64,000 nucleotides of DNA, taken from positions 50,523 through 114,522 of IMG/VR virus record IMGVR_UViG_3300036791_000264. One strand, given 5' to 3'. A model generated the notes under the pieces. The model did no database searches, had not been told where the DNA came from, and saw only the letters and a list, made by a program, of their open reading frames with translations. The first letter of the stretch is position 1. The number at the start of each line of letters is the position of its first letter. Below, piece after piece: positions 45,096 to 55,183 of this stretch. A program made the position numbers and the translations under genes. This DNA is from a virus.

Positions 45096-47659
45096 AAGGT
45101 GGGATCAAGCGGCGGCGTGACGGCCCCAGATGCGTAGGTGATCGAGTAGGTACTACCCATTGGCAGCCAACGATACATCTCGGCGGTCAGGCGGGCGATG
45201 CGAGGGGTGCGGCGAGGGAAAATGTAGCTGGCATTGCTGACCGGGTCTGCGACAAAATCCCCACTGGATGATGACGCAGAAGTAGCGTCCATGTATGGCG
45301 CCACTGCCTCAGACGGCGACAGCATGGCTGAGTTCAGCAGGAACCGGGCTAACTGGGCGGCGGGGAAGCGTATGAACGGGTACATGGTGGTGGGCAGGAC
45401 TCCGGTGACAGCCTCTGTAGGTGGGTCGCTCAGAGAAAATGGCCCGTTCGGTGGGGCGATGCTGTAGCGGGCATATTCTGCGCCGATCAACTGATCGTTG
45501 CTCATTTCGACCCAGGTGCCGTCCGGGTAGTACCACCGGAAGCCCAATGTCATCATGGCGTTGGAAGGATCCTGCACAGTCATGTACTGGGCATAGACGC
45601 TGAAGTTGAAGGGCTGGCCGGCTTGCACCTGGAAAGGCAGGAAGGTGCCAGACGCCTGGTTACCACCCATGGTGGGCTGAGCCGGCCTGGCGTACCAGAC
45701 GCCGTTGATCCAGGCACTACCCACACCGAACCAGAACTGGTTGGTCACGAACCAGGAGTAGACGGGGTCAAACCAGGGTCGTGGCAGTGGCCCCTGCTGC
45801 GCTCCAGGGAACCAGTTGCCCACGGTGGAGAACCAGCCATTGGGGGTGGGAGGCGGCGTCGACCAGGAAGTGACGGTGCCGAACCACACCGTGGCGCCAG
45901 GACCGGTGGTGTCGACCTCCAGGGCGGCGTTGCCGTTGACGGGCAGCAGGGCGGTGGGATCTTCGATGCTGGCGGGACGGTAGACCAGAGTGCAGGTTGG
46001 ACCGGTAGGGGCGTGCTGGGGGTCGATGGCGCTGGTCAGGCCGTCGAAGCCGATGGCTAGATTCGGAGGCGGGGCGTTGGGGTTGGGCCGGCTGAAGCTG
46101 GTCAGGGTGTTCGGCAGCAGGTTCGACTGTGTGGGCTGTACCAGGATCTTGACGTCGCGGGGGTACTCGTAGACCAGGGTGTCGACACCGATCTTGGCCG
46201 GCGTGGTGGGCCACAGGGCGCACAGGGTGATGTAGTGGGCTTCGTTGGCTAGCGCTCCCTGGATGCGGATCCGGGGATAGACCCAGTAGTAGTTCGCCGC
46301 GCCCTGTGGAACTGGTGATCCTGGCGTAGTGAGCGGATAGGGGGTCATGACACCACTGAGAGTCATCCTCGTCCAGTGACCGGCGGTCTCGGTGAACGAT
46401 GTGGGGGCGATGATCTGGAGTGGGCTACCACTGCCACTGTCGCCCCAAAGAGACAGTTGCACCGTCCGACTCACGCTCGACCACACCTGGATCTGAAAGG
46501 TGGCGTGGCCCTGCCCGTACCACTGCGACATGAAGTCGGTGATGGGGATCGGGGCCGTGGTGGCGTAGAGGTCGCCGGCTCCAGTGGCTTGGACCCGCAT
46601 ACCGGTGCTGGCATAGGGCGGTTGGAGGGTGGGGAAGGTGTTTCCGAAGGTCTCCAGGGGGTCGGTCATGCCGGCCACCCCGGCGTTGGTCAGGTTGGGG
46701 ATCCAGGTGAAGGCTTGCCCGGTGGCTGCCCCGGCGATGCTGGGGAAGTTGGTACCGACAGGAGGCCAGTTCTGCCAGGTGCCGATGGCGTCGGCCATGA
46801 TCCCGTCGTCGCGGGTCATCAGGACGTTGTAGCCGTGGTGGACAAGCTGGGTGCTGGGATAGCTCGTGAGGATCGAGGTGAACTCGGTGATGCCTCGTGG
46901 CGACCCTTTCTGCTTGTACAGGTGGATGGCATTCTGGACTAGCTGGCGCTCCTGCTGCATACCCATCTCGGGTTCATGGACAAGTCCGAACTGCTGCATC
47001 ATCAGGGGCAGCAGCGCACCAGAGCAGTTCAGGGCGTCATTGATGCTCATGAGCGACTCAAGCTCAGTGCGGATGAAGTCGAACTGGAACCCGATCAACT
47101 GGAGGTAGCGCTGAAGTGGTGGCTGGGGACTGTCCACCGGCCAGGGGTTGTACGGGTCCACTAGCACGAAGTCCTGGTCGCGGTACGCCATGGGCAAGAG
47201 GCTGTAGAGCCGTGGGCCGTAGCCCCAGTTGATGGGCACCAAGCCGATCAGATCACTGCAACGTATCCACATCGCCTCTGACGTCGACCAGCCGAACATG
47301 GAGTAGTACTGGAAGCCCTGTTGCAGGTAGAGATCGGTGATGTGCGTCACCGTGCCCGTGACGATGGAGTCGTTGGGGTCACCGAAGACGTTGGAGGGGG
47401 CGTCAGGAGGGTTGTCAGCGAAGTCGCTGACGTCGAACACCTGAACGCCGTCGTCCTCGTCTTGAGGCAGGTTCCTGGGGTTTCGCACCAGGCGCAGATA
47501 GGCGCAGTCCGCTGACGGCGGGTTGTGCCACTGGAGATGCAGGCTGGAGTAGTCGAGCGGGGTGGAGGTGAAGGGTGCTATGGAGAAATCTGGCCTGACC
47601 GTGGCCGGGTCTATCCCGAAGTGACCCACCCCATAGAAGTCGATGCCGTACACCGCCAT
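45089..47659 (-). CDS. baseplate/tail protein (P2 gpI-like domain plus CBM-like domains)
   Basis: YSLLPMAYR...LQRYLQLIGFQFDFIRTE...LLPLMMQQFG...LYKQKGSPRGI. Confidence 0.75.
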   Translation of the reverse strand: MAVYGIDFYGVGHFGIDPATVRPDFSIAPFTSTPLDYSSLHLQWHNPPSADCAYLRLVRNPRNLPQDEDDGVQVFDVSDFADNPPDAPSNVFGDPNDSIVTGTVTHITDLYLQQGFQYYSMFGWSTSEAMWIRCSDLIGLVPINWGYGPRLYSLLPMAYRDQDFVLVDPYNPWPVDSPQPPLQRYLQLIGFQFDFIRTELESLMSINDALNCSGALLPLMMQQFGLVHEPEMGMQQERQLVQNAIHLYKQKGSPRGITEFTSILTSYPSTQLVHHGYNVLMTRDDGIMADAIGTWQNWPPVGTNFPSIAGAATGQAFTWIPNLTNAGVAGMTDPLETFGNTFPTLQPPYASTGMRVQATGAGDLYATTAPIPITDFMSQWYGQGHATFQIQVWSSVSRTVQLSLWGDSGSGSPLQIIAPTSFTETAGHWTRMTLSGVMTPYPLTTPGSPVPQGAANYYWVYPRIRIQGALANEAHYITLCALWPTTPAKIGVDTLVYEYPRDVKILVQPTQSNLLPNTLTSFSRPNPNAPPPNLAIGFDGLTSAIDPQHAPTGPTCTLVYRPASIEDPTALLPVNGNAALEVDTTGPGATVWFGTVTSWSTPPPTPNGWFSTVGNWFPGAQQGPLPRPWFDPVYSWFVTNQFWFGVGSAWINGVWYARPAQPTMGGNQASGTFLPFQVQAGQPFNFSVYAQYMTVQDPSNAMMTLGFRWYYPDGTWVEMSNDQLIGAEYARYSIAPPNGPFSLSDPPTEAVTGVLPTTMYPFIRFPAAQLARFLLNSAMLSPSEAVAPYMDATSASSSSGDFVADPVSNASYIFPRRTPRIARLTAEMYRWLPMGSTYSITYASGAVTPPLDPTLW

Positions 47660-47660
47660 G

Positions 47661-48587
47661 TCAGATCCCCAGGGCCATCCAGCACATGCACACCAGGGCC
47701 TGGCGGTCGACCCGGATGTCCTCGATGAACTGGATCAGCGCCCCCTGCACGCTCAGGCCCATGAGGATGAGTTGATCCTCCATGTATTGATAGGCGTACC
47801 AGCCCAGCATGCTCCCACCAGGGAAGGGCATTTTCATGAACATGAAGCTGAGGATGCCGCTGAAACGGGCTGGCGTGAGGTCGACCCATAGGTTGCCGTT
47901 GATGTCGGTGTAGCCCTGGGCTACCCCGCCGGCCATCTTCCAGCGCCGGCTATCCGGCCCGGTGACGTTGGCTTCGCCAGGGATGAGCTTCTGAGCGGCC
48001 AAGGTTGAGGTGATGATCGAGCGCACCTGGGTGGAGTTAAGACCGGCGTTCTTGGCCTGACTCAAGTTGATTAAGTCATTGCTGGTTGTGGCGGCTGGCG
48101 CCGTCACTGCTGCCGTGAAGGGCCTAGCACCGTCCACACGCATGTACTGGGGGTGATCATCGGCGTTGAGGGACTTTGACGTCGAATGGACATGGCTATG
48201 TGTGAGTTGTGGTGCAACGCCGTCACCACTGCGGTCACCAGGGCCGGTGGTGAGCTTCAGGGGCGGTGGTGTGATGGCACCACGGGAATCCACACGGCCA
48301 GGTGACTTGTTGACAAAGAGCCATGAGATCGAGCCACCCAAGCTCGTCGTCTTGGGTACCAGGAACGGGGGCGCCCCGATGGTCTGCTCCATGGAGACAA
48401 TCTCGGCGTGCAAATCCTTGGTGACCGCGGCGGCATCAAGAGTCAGGTCAGTGGTGGTGGTAGTACCGTCTGGATTCTGGACGACGAAGATCTTGGTGCC
48501 GTCCTGAGGTTGGTTCTGGTACGTGACGAAGTCGCGGATCGTCACGGGATAGCGCTGAGCGGCAGCAACGGGGGGCGGGGCTGGCAT
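47661..48587 (-). CDS. tail fibre-like virion protein
   Basis: DDHPQY motif; paralogous to 48587-49339. Confidence 0.6.
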   Translation of the reverse strand: MPAPPPVAAAQRYPVTIRDFVTYQNQPQDGTKIFVVQNPDGTTTTTDLTLDAAAVTKDLHAEIVSMEQTIGAPPFLVPKTTSLGGSISWLFVNKSPGRVDSRGAITPPPLKLTTGPGDRSGDGVAPQLTHSHVHSTSKSLNADDHPQYMRVDGARPFTAAVTAPAATTSNDLINLSQAKNAGLNSTQVRSIITSTLAAQKLIPGEANVTGPDSRRWKMAGGVAQGYTDINGNLWVDLTPARFSGILSFMFMKMPFPGGSMLGWYAYQYMEDQLILMGLSVQGALIQFIEDIRVDRQALVCMCWMALGI

Positions 48588-49339
48588 CAGATCCCCATCA
48601 CGATCCAGGAGAAGCTGACGTACATATTCTGCTGCCAGGAGTAGTCATGGGAGAACTGCACGACAGCACTGCTACCCGATGCTCCAAGCAAGGTCATCTG
48701 AGCCTCGATCCAGTTGTAGGGTGGACACCCTCCGGACCCCTGGGGTGGCAACTTGGTGCAGGAGAAGGCTTGGACACAGTGGGAGAAGGTCACACCGAAG
48801 TTGACGGTGATCTGGCCGTTGCCGTTCGTGCAGCCGGATGTGACTCCACCTGTGATGCGCCAGGCGGTCGACGCTGTGGCACCAGCTAGAGGAGCGCCGC
48901 CCTTGGCCCCGGCCATCAGAGATGAGGTAGCGGCTTCGACTGCATCCTGTACCTGATCGAGGTTCTGGAAGCCGAAGCTCTGTAGCTGGCTCAGGGGCAC
49001 GAGGTCTGCTGGCGCGCTACCTGCCTTGCCGGCTACGGGCCGGCTGAAACCGGGGTACCCGTTGATCTGGATGTACTGGGGATGGTCATTGCCCACCGTG
49101 TCATCCAGCAGGTTGTGATGGACGTGGGTGTGGTTCACCGGGGCTTTGTTCAGATAGAGATCCTGGATGGCGCCACCGAAGCTGGTGTAGGGCGTGCTGG
49201 CGAAGGGGTTCGCCCCCAAGGTCTTTTCCAGGGCCTGGATCTCGTCATGGCATTCGTTGATGCTCAAGGCCCAGATGGTGTCGGTGTAATCGTGGAAGAC
49301 GGTGAAGACCTTGATCGCGGCAGGGAAGGTTGCAGCCAT
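48587..49339 (-). CDS. tail fibre-like virion protein
   Basis: NDHPQY; C-terminal VNFGVTF...FSWIVMG beta domain. Confidence 0.6.
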   Translation of the reverse strand: MAATFPAAIKVFTVFHDYTDTIWALSINECHDEIQALEKTLGANPFASTPYTSFGGAIQDLYLNKAPVNHTHVHHNLLDDTVGNDHPQYIQINGYPGFSRPVAGKAGSAPADLVPLSQLQSFGFQNLDQVQDAVEAATSSLMAGAKGGAPLAGATASTAWRITGGVTSGCTNGNGQITVNFGVTFSHCVQAFSCTKLPPQGSGGCPPYNWIEAQMTLLGASGSSAVVQFSHDYSWQQNMYVSFSWIVMGI

Positions 49340-51240
49340 TAGTAGATAACGCCTCCGGTCGCGTTCACGTTGACTCCGAGTGGGTTCGCTTGAGGGATCT
49401 CATAAGCAGCGCAGATCACGTCAGAGGCAATCTGCGTGGCCTCTGCTCGGGCCAGCACGTTCACGTTCACGTAGTCCACACCCTCTACTTCCATGAGGGT
49501 GTGATAAAGGCTCGACAGGGTGATCCTGGTGCCAAAGTCCACCACTGAGAACAGGAAGAGGTTTTGGATTGCCGCCAGGCAGGCCCCCTGCACTACCGCC
49601 TGGTGATACTGAGGTAGTACCTGGACACTGGCGGTCACGTTGACCGGGACGTAACCGGTCTGGAGGATATTGGCCTTGTTGTACTGAGGCGGCAAGACCA
49701 CGATGGAAGTACCCACCATCTTCTTGTCGTCCATGTAGCCGGTGTAGTTGGAGTTGGTGATCGACGGGGCCAGAGCGTTGACTCGGTTGGTCAACGTGGG
49801 TATGTCCTGGATGAAGCTGCCGGCGGGGTGGATGTAGAGATTCACCGCGTTGTAGGCCGTGGAAATAGCGGCAGCCTTGGCGATCTTGGGAATGTTCAGA
49901 ACGAGCGCGGCGTAGTCATCCAGGGACACCGCCCGGTTGATGGCGGTGATTGACAGCGGGGCGTGGATCCGAATGTGATCGATGGTCTCGGCGTCAGCCC
50001 CACCGGCTGTGGCCTGGGGGTTGGTAACACTGATCACCTGGGAGATGCCGGTCACTAACTGAGTCAGAGAGTTCGGGGCGACGTTGCCAATAGCTCCACC
50101 ACCGACCATGTAGTTGGCGGTGATCAATGACCCAGGAGCCGGTATGCGCCCTGACAGGTCATCTCCGAAGATGATGGTGACGACGCTGTTGGCGTCAATC
50201 GATGTGGTGTACGCGGCCTCACTGGAGAAGGCGTCGATGATGCGCTGGTGGTAGTACCAGGGCTGTGGGCCATTGCCCTCATCGACAAAGATCTGGATGC
50301 TGCCATCCACCACCGGGGTGTTGAAGAGGGTGTACTGCTGATTGGGGGTGCCGTCCGAGATGCCGATGCCCTCGCCCAGGGTGGACTGGCCGTGTGTGGC
50401 CGCGACGGTGCCCGTGTAGTTGCCTGGAGCCGCCGGCTGGTAGGTGATGACAATAGGGGCTGCGTTAGGGGGGATGCCCCCATTGGTGCCGTTGCCGAAG
50501 AGGATCGTGTTGCCGTTGATGACGGTGTAGACCGTCGAGCCGGTGCCGCTGCCTGGCACGCCCACGAAGCTGTTGCCAGGCGCCAGGGTCCAGGCCGCAC
50601 CCCCCACTGTCACCGTCTGGTTGCCGGCGCCCCCGGTGAAGTTGTAAGTCGGCCAGGGGATGGTGTCAGTGCTGTCCCCCAGGAAAAACTGCTGGTTGCC
50701 CTGACCATTGCTGGTGGCGTTGAGGGTGGTGGAGACTGCGTCGCCGTAGAGCCAGAGATCCTGCATGGTCTCAAAGATGATCGGCTGGCCGATGAGCAGG
50801 GTCGACACCTGGGTGTACTGGGGGATCAGGACCGGGGTCGGACTGGGTTGACCGATGGTGAACTGGATGCCGCCATTAGGTGTTTGTGTGGAAGGGTACG
50901 TATTGGAGGCGACATTGCCGTGTGGGGTGTAGTCCAGCAGGCTGGCGATGTTGAGGATCGACTGGCGTTGCTGGGCTGTACCGATGAACGCTTCGTTGGC
51001 GATGCGGTCGGTGTAGAAGTTGAGGATGTCCCCGACGTAAGCGAATAGCTCCAGGAGGACGACCCCGAAGTCGCCGGCAGAGCGGTCAGTCCACTCCGGG
51101 AGGTAGCTCGGGATCAGGTTCAGCATGTCGTTGACGAGGCTGATGTAGTCCCGGCTGGTGTAGTCGATGGGTGGAACGGTGACGTTCGTTTCCCCCAGGA
51201 CGTCAGAGACCGTGCCGAGAGAGACAGGAGCGATGCTCAT
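49339..51240 (-). CDS. baseplate wedge protein (baseplate J / T4 gp6-like)
   Basis: IDYTSRDY...PEWTDRSAGDFGVVLLELFAY, FGDDLSGRIP, GGADAET, RAVSLDDY. Confidence 0.9.
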   Translation of the reverse strand: MSIAPVSLGTVSDVLGETNVTVPPIDYTSRDYISLVNDMLNLIPSYLPEWTDRSAGDFGVVLLELFAYVGDILNFYTDRIANEAFIGTAQQRQSILNIASLLDYTPHGNVASNTYPSTQTPNGGIQFTIGQPSPTPVLIPQYTQVSTLLIGQPIIFETMQDLWLYGDAVSTTLNATSNGQGNQQFFLGDSTDTIPWPTYNFTGGAGNQTVTVGGAAWTLAPGNSFVGVPGSGTGSTVYTVINGNTILFGNGTNGGIPPNAAPIVITYQPAAPGNYTGTVAATHGQSTLGEGIGISDGTPNQQYTLFNTPVVDGSIQIFVDEGNGPQPWYYHQRIIDAFSSEAAYTTSIDANSVVTIIFGDDLSGRIPAPGSLITANYMVGGGAIGNVAPNSLTQLVTGISQVISVTNPQATAGGADAETIDHIRIHAPLSITAINRAVSLDDYAALVLNIPKIAKAAAISTAYNAVNLYIHPAGSFIQDIPTLTNRVNALAPSITNSNYTGYMDDKKMVGTSIVVLPPQYNKANILQTGYVPVNVTASVQVLPQYHQAVVQGACLAAIQNLFLFSVVDFGTRITLSSLYHTLMEVEGVDYVNVNVLARAEATQIASDVICAAYEIPQANPLGVNVNATGGVIY

Positions 51241-51668
51241 GCGGTGATCTCCACCTGATTACCGGTGATGTCGACAGAGAAGGTATGGGTGGTAGGTGAG
51301 TTGCCCACGGTGAAGGAGACCATCAGCACCACGATCCCGGTGTACTGGGGCTGCCGCACGAACTCGACTTCGGTGACGTTGATGTTCGGCTCATAGGTGG
51401 CGAGGCCCATATTGATCGCCGCGACGTAGTTCTGCTCCACCAGCGGGTCGTCGTTCTCCCAGACCATGCCGTAGATGCCCACGCCGTAGCCAGGTCTCAT
51501 GACCCGTTCCCCAGGGTTGGTCAGAATCAGGGCCAGGATGTGATTGATGGCCCAGCGCGCCGGGTCAGCGTCGAAGCCAACGGCGCCAGTGCCATCGATT
51601 CGGAAGGGTTGGGCGATCTCCCACTTCGGAGGAATCTGCCGAAAGTTGGCCGGCACCAGGAAGGTCAT
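51237..51668 (-). CDS. baseplate wedge subunit (gp25/GPW-like)
   Basis: ILTNPGERVMRPGYGVG...YEPNINV. Confidence 0.9.
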   Translation of the reverse strand: MTFLVPANFRQIPPKWEIAQPFRIDGTGAVGFDADPARWAINHILALILTNPGERVMRPGYGVGIYGMVWENDDPLVEQNYVAAINMGLATYEPNINVTEVEFVRQPQYTGIVVLMVSFTVGNSPTTHTFSVDITGNQVEITA

Positions 51669-52468
51669 GACAGTGACCTGACTGAGAAGTAGGCATTACC
51701 TTGCCCGACGAAACCTTGTGCCCCGATGACAGAACAGTTGTGCTGAATGTACAGAGTGTCACCGGCTTTACAGGGGATGATGTCCTCGACTTTAACTACC
51801 ATGGCTGCACCGACAGCGGAAGCGTTAGTGGTACCACTCCACGCTATGACAACGGTGCCCTTTGCTATTCGCACGTTGTACCACTGACCTACGGCGGTTG
51901 AACTAAATCCGACCTGGGCAATCGCTAGGTAGTCGGCGGCGTAGGGACAGACGAAGGTGGCTCCGCTCCAGTTGGTGCCGTAGTCGACAGTGTCGAAACC
52001 GTAGGTGGTGATGGCGGTGCTGGTGCCGTAGGGGTTTTTTCGCCATATCCGGCCACGAGCAATCTTCTGGGGATCAGCGTTGCAGAACTGGCGCACGTCA
52101 GTGAGAACGCCGGCTGCGACGCTGTAAAGCGGGATGTCGTAGTTGGCGAGAGGGTTCTGCACCACGGTGGGGACGAACATGAAGTAGATCTGCCGGCTCG
52201 TCACGTCCAGGCGAGCTACTATGGTGCCTGTACCGGAGACACCTGTTACCTGCTTGTTAGTGCTGCTGGCGCCATAGAACCCGTCGACCCAGACCGCCCC
52301 AGGTTGGATGGTCACCGTGGTGCCAGAGATGGTGGAGGCCAACTGATTCTGGTTGCCGGGGACGACCCCGGAGCCGTACCACAGCCGTGCCATCTGTCGC
52401 CAGTTCGTAGGGGTGGCGGTGGCCCCCGGTCCCGTGTCAAACGGGAAGTAGGAGTCGAGCAGGGTCAC
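51665..52468 (-). CDS. minor tail protein
   Basis: YFPFDTGPGA...WRQMARLW...IQPGAVWVDGFY...YDIPL; C1q-like C-terminus. Confidence 0.7.
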   Translation of the reverse strand: MTLLDSYFPFDTGPGATATPTNWRQMARLWYGSGVVPGNQNQLASTISGTTVTIQPGAVWVDGFYGASSTNKQVTGVSGTGTIVARLDVTSRQIYFMFVPTVVQNPLANYDIPLYSVAAGVLTDVRQFCNADPQKIARGRIWRKNPYGTSTAITTYGFDTVDYGTNWSGATFVCPYAADYLAIAQVGFSSTAVGQWYNVRIAKGTVVIAWSGTTNASAVGAAMVVKVEDIIPCKAGDTLYIQHNCSVIGAQGFVGQGNAYFSVRSLS

Positions 52469-52710
52469 GGTTCAACTTCCTGAGGTGGTGGGGCGTAGTG
52501 CTGTCGCACTAACTCTGGGGGCATTGTCTCTTCCATGGGAACCAGATCTGGGCCGGGGGCGTACTCCTCGCCGCTCTCCTGGTTGACGAGCTTGCCTTCG
52601 TCGTTGATCTCATAGGTGACTACGCCGCCGGGGGTCTGCCCCCCGTCCACAGGCTCAGTGTCAGTTGCGCCACTGAGATCCCCGGTCCTGTCCCCGCTGT
52701 CACTCTCCAT
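52465..52710 (-). CDS. small acidic hypothetical protein
   Basis: GTGA coupling to 52468; true start probably internal. Confidence 0.4.
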   Translation of the reverse strand: MESDSGDRTGDLSGATDTEPVDGGQTPGGVVTYEINDEGKLVNQESGEEYAPGPDLVPMEETMPPELVRQHYAPPPQEVEP

Positions 52711-53447
52711 CCGAAGGTCTTCTTTCCTTGAGTCACCGGTATGACGCCGGTCAGCGCGACTGGTATCGATAGGGACGAACCAGCGGGGAAGCCGGCTGAG
52801 TTGGCCGGTGTGATGCTAGGACTGACTTGCTGGTCGCCCACACCCCACTGGTAGGTCATCTGGCAGATGACGCTTTGAGCCTGGCTCATGTCGCTGAAGG
52901 TGAGCAGCATGGTGCCGTGCAGGAAGCCCTGGGCCGCGTAAGGGATGCGAGCCAAACCGAAGCTGGTCTGGAGAGTGGTGCCGCTGCCCACGGGTGTGGA
53001 TCCCACCTGGCTGGCCCACCAGCGCAGTCCGACCGCCGGGTTGATCAGGTTGCGTAGATCGAGGAGCGTGCTACCGCCCTGGATTCCCCAGATGGGGATC
53101 TCCCAGATGTTGGCGTCTTGCTCAAAGCCCCCGGAGCCGTAGTCGACCACGGTGTCGCGATAGACCAGGGCCACGATCTCGGTGTTGAAGTTGACCTGGG
53201 CCACGACTGTCCCAGTGCCCACCGTAAAGTTCTGGGGATTGACGATCTCGGCGTAGTAACCATGGATGAACACTGCCCCGCTCTGCACCGTGATCACGCT
53301 GCCGGCCATGGTGGCGTTCATCTGGTTCAGGTAGTTGGCGAGAACTCCATCGGCCATCCACAGGTTCGCCATCTTGCGCCAACGAGCCGCGTTGGCTGAG
53401 GCGCCGAAGCCCGGATCGAAGGGGAAGTACTCGTCAAAGTTGGGCAT
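52620..53447 (-). CDS. minor tail protein (paralog of 51665)
   Basis: YFPFDPGFGA...WRKMANLW...VQSGAVFIHGYY...WEIPI. Confidence 0.7.
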   Translation of the reverse strand: MPNFDEYFPFDPGFGASANAARWRKMANLWMADGVLANYLNQMNATMAGSVITVQSGAVFIHGYYAEIVNPQNFTVGTGTVVAQVNFNTEIVALVYRDTVVDYGSGGFEQDANIWEIPIWGIQGGSTLLDLRNLINPAVGLRWWASQVGSTPVGSGTTLQTSFGLARIPYAAQGFLHGTMLLTFSDMSQAQSVICQMTYQWGVGDQQVSPSITPANSAGFPAGSSLSIPVALTGVIPVTQGKKTFGWRVTAGTGPGISVAQLTLSLWTGGRPPAA

Positions 53448-53893
53448 TAGTCCCCTAGTTGAGCCGAGATCGGGTCAGGGTCATGCCCCTGGATGGTTGC
53501 ATTGTGGCGAGCGTTCAGGAAGTCGTTCACATGGGACGGTATCTGCTTCAACCCGAAGGTGTGCCGTAAGGCGGCGCCCATTCCGGCGTGGCGAAAATAC
53601 TGAGCGTTTGCCAGGCCCCTGGTGACGTTGTCAACGGCATGGGTTACGGCAGGCTTGTTGAACTGGACACCATTGGCGTTCCGGTTGACGTACTTGCCGA
53701 CACCACTCTTGGCAAACGGGGATGGGGTTGGTGGTTTCTGGAATGGGGTGAGCCTTAGTTGCTCAGACGCCATCTTCGGGTCAGGGCCAATGGGGCGGTC
53801 ATGTGGGCGCGCCCACTTATAACCTGACTTTGATGTTGCCGGCCCCTGCTGCTGAAAGTCGTCCGCATCGAATAGAGATCCTTGGTCCGACAT
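53447..53893 (-). CDS. hypothetical protein (probably virion)
   Basis: TAATG coupling; QGSLF and NANGVQF motifs. Confidence 0.6.
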   Translation of the reverse strand: MSDQGSLFDADDFQQQGPATSKSGYKWARPHDRPIGPDPKMASEQLRLTPFQKPPTPSPFAKSGVGKYVNRNANGVQFNKPAVTHAVDNVTRGLANAQYFRHAGMGAALRHTFGLKQIPSHVNDFLNARHNATIQGHDPDPISAQLGD

Positions 53894-53895
53894 CC

Positions 53896-54402
53896 TTACC
53901 TCCAGGGGGGAGCGAGCTTCTTTAGCTGGGTGGTGCGCCCGATGCCTGGATCGGCGCCCATCATCGACTCCTGGCGCGGGCTGTACTGAGGCACGAGTTC
54001 TTGGTGCGGGGCGTAGCGGGGGCTAAGCACCATGGTGTCGAAGGGCATGGCCTCCCGGCCCTGACGCCGGATGCCGGCGGTGGGCTGTAGCTGCCCCGGC
54101 CAGTAGTAGTCGCTGGGGTCGATGCGCTCGCCCTTGTGGACGCCCCGGACGTAGGAGCGCTGGTTGGCCCGGTTCTTGAGACTGTCGAGCAGCCGATCCT
54201 GGCGCCGGGTGTTGATGGTCCCCAGGTAGCCATCGGGGTACATGGCCTCCGGGGTCTGGTTGTACATGGACCGGCGCGCATCGAGGGCGTCGCGGAAGAA
54301 CGGCCCCATGCCACCGCCGCCACCAACGGTGTTGGCGTTGCCAGGCGCCCCCATGTTGTAGGGGGGCAGATATTGGAAGGGTGTGAACACGCCTCGCGGC
54401 AT
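53896..54402 (-). CDS. conserved-looking virion protein
   Basis: PEAMYPDGYLGTINTRRQDRLL...RSYVRGVHKGERIDPSDYYWP. Confidence 0.65.
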   Translation of the reverse strand: MPRGVFTPFQYLPPYNMGAPGNANTVGGGGGMGPFFRDALDARRSMYNQTPEAMYPDGYLGTINTRRQDRLLDSLKNRANQRSYVRGVHKGERIDPSDYYWPGQLQPTAGIRRQGREAMPFDTMVLSPRYAPHQELVPQYSPRQESMMGADPGIGRTTQLKKLAPPWR

Positions 54403-54405
54403 GAG

Positions 54406-54657
54406 TTACCCCGTGATGCTGCTGGCGTCGAAGAAGGACCGCGCCTCGTCAGGTCGAGAGTGAGCCGGTTGCATCAACTGCCCCAGAAAATGAGCATCCT
54501 GGGGATCCCTGGTGCTGGAATCTTTTTCCGAGACCACCATGTCGTAGGTGGGGCCATGCGGCTCCTTGAGGACATGATCGGCGTACTCATAGCCGCCTGC
54601 GCCCTGCCCTGTGTTCGTGGGAGCAGGGCCTTGGAAGACCCCCCGGTTACCCGCCAT
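54406..54657 (-). CDS. hypothetical protein
   Basis: GGGAG SD; packed operon. Confidence 0.55.
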   Translation of the reverse strand: MAGNRGVFQGPAPTNTGQGAGGYEYADHVLKEPHGPTYDMVVSEKDSSTRDPQDAHFLGQLMQPAHSRPDEARSFFDASSITG

Positions 54658-55162
54658 ACGCTCCCGCCTGACCCTGGCTGAACGATCCCTGACGGCTGGG
54701 TGTCGAGGGCACCACCCGGCCCTGGCCCTGGGTAGGGACCGGGGACTCCTGGGGTACCTTCATGGAGGGCGAGATGGTGAGCCGGCTGTTCGCCAGTTCG
54801 GGGCCACCACGGGTACGGGCTGGGTGTGGCTCGGCCTGGACCGCAGCGCTCACCCCGGAGGCGAATGCCTTGCTGTCGCCCAGGGGGGCGCCGGCCTTGC
54901 CGACAGCACCTGTCGGATAGGGGAGGACGTCGGGGACGCCCTTGAGATGACCTCCAGTGCCCAAGTACCTACCTCCTGCTATCGGGATCTGTGCGTTGCC
55001 CCCGGCGGTTGATTCGCCCGCAGCAAGGGCACCCTCACCCCCAGGAGACCCGGCGAAAGGAGGACTCCAAATGCCACCTGGACCGCCAGCCTGACCAAGA
55101 TGGCTGGAGGAAGCACCCATGCGACGTCGTGCGCTGGCTCCTACTCTGCGTTGATCTGCCAT
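54647..55162 (-). CDS. Gly-rich hypothetical protein (probably virion)
   Basis: first gene after ruvC; low complexity. Confidence 0.55.
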   Translation of the reverse strand: MADQRRVGASARRRMGASSSHLGQAGGPGGIWSPPFAGSPGGEGALAAGESTAGGNAQIPIAGGRYLGTGGHLKGVPDVLPYPTGAVGKAGAPLGDSKAFASGVSAAVQAEPHPARTRGGPELANSRLTISPSMKVPQESPVPTQGQGRVVPSTPSRQGSFSQGQAGAYGG

Positions 55163-55183
55163 ACCCGAAAGCCTAGAGCGGGG

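Noticed and set aside
51665-53447. Diversity-generating retroelement or invertible tail cassette
   Set aside because: The paralogs are diverged at DNA level; no reverse transcriptase, invertase or near-identical TR/VR pair was seen
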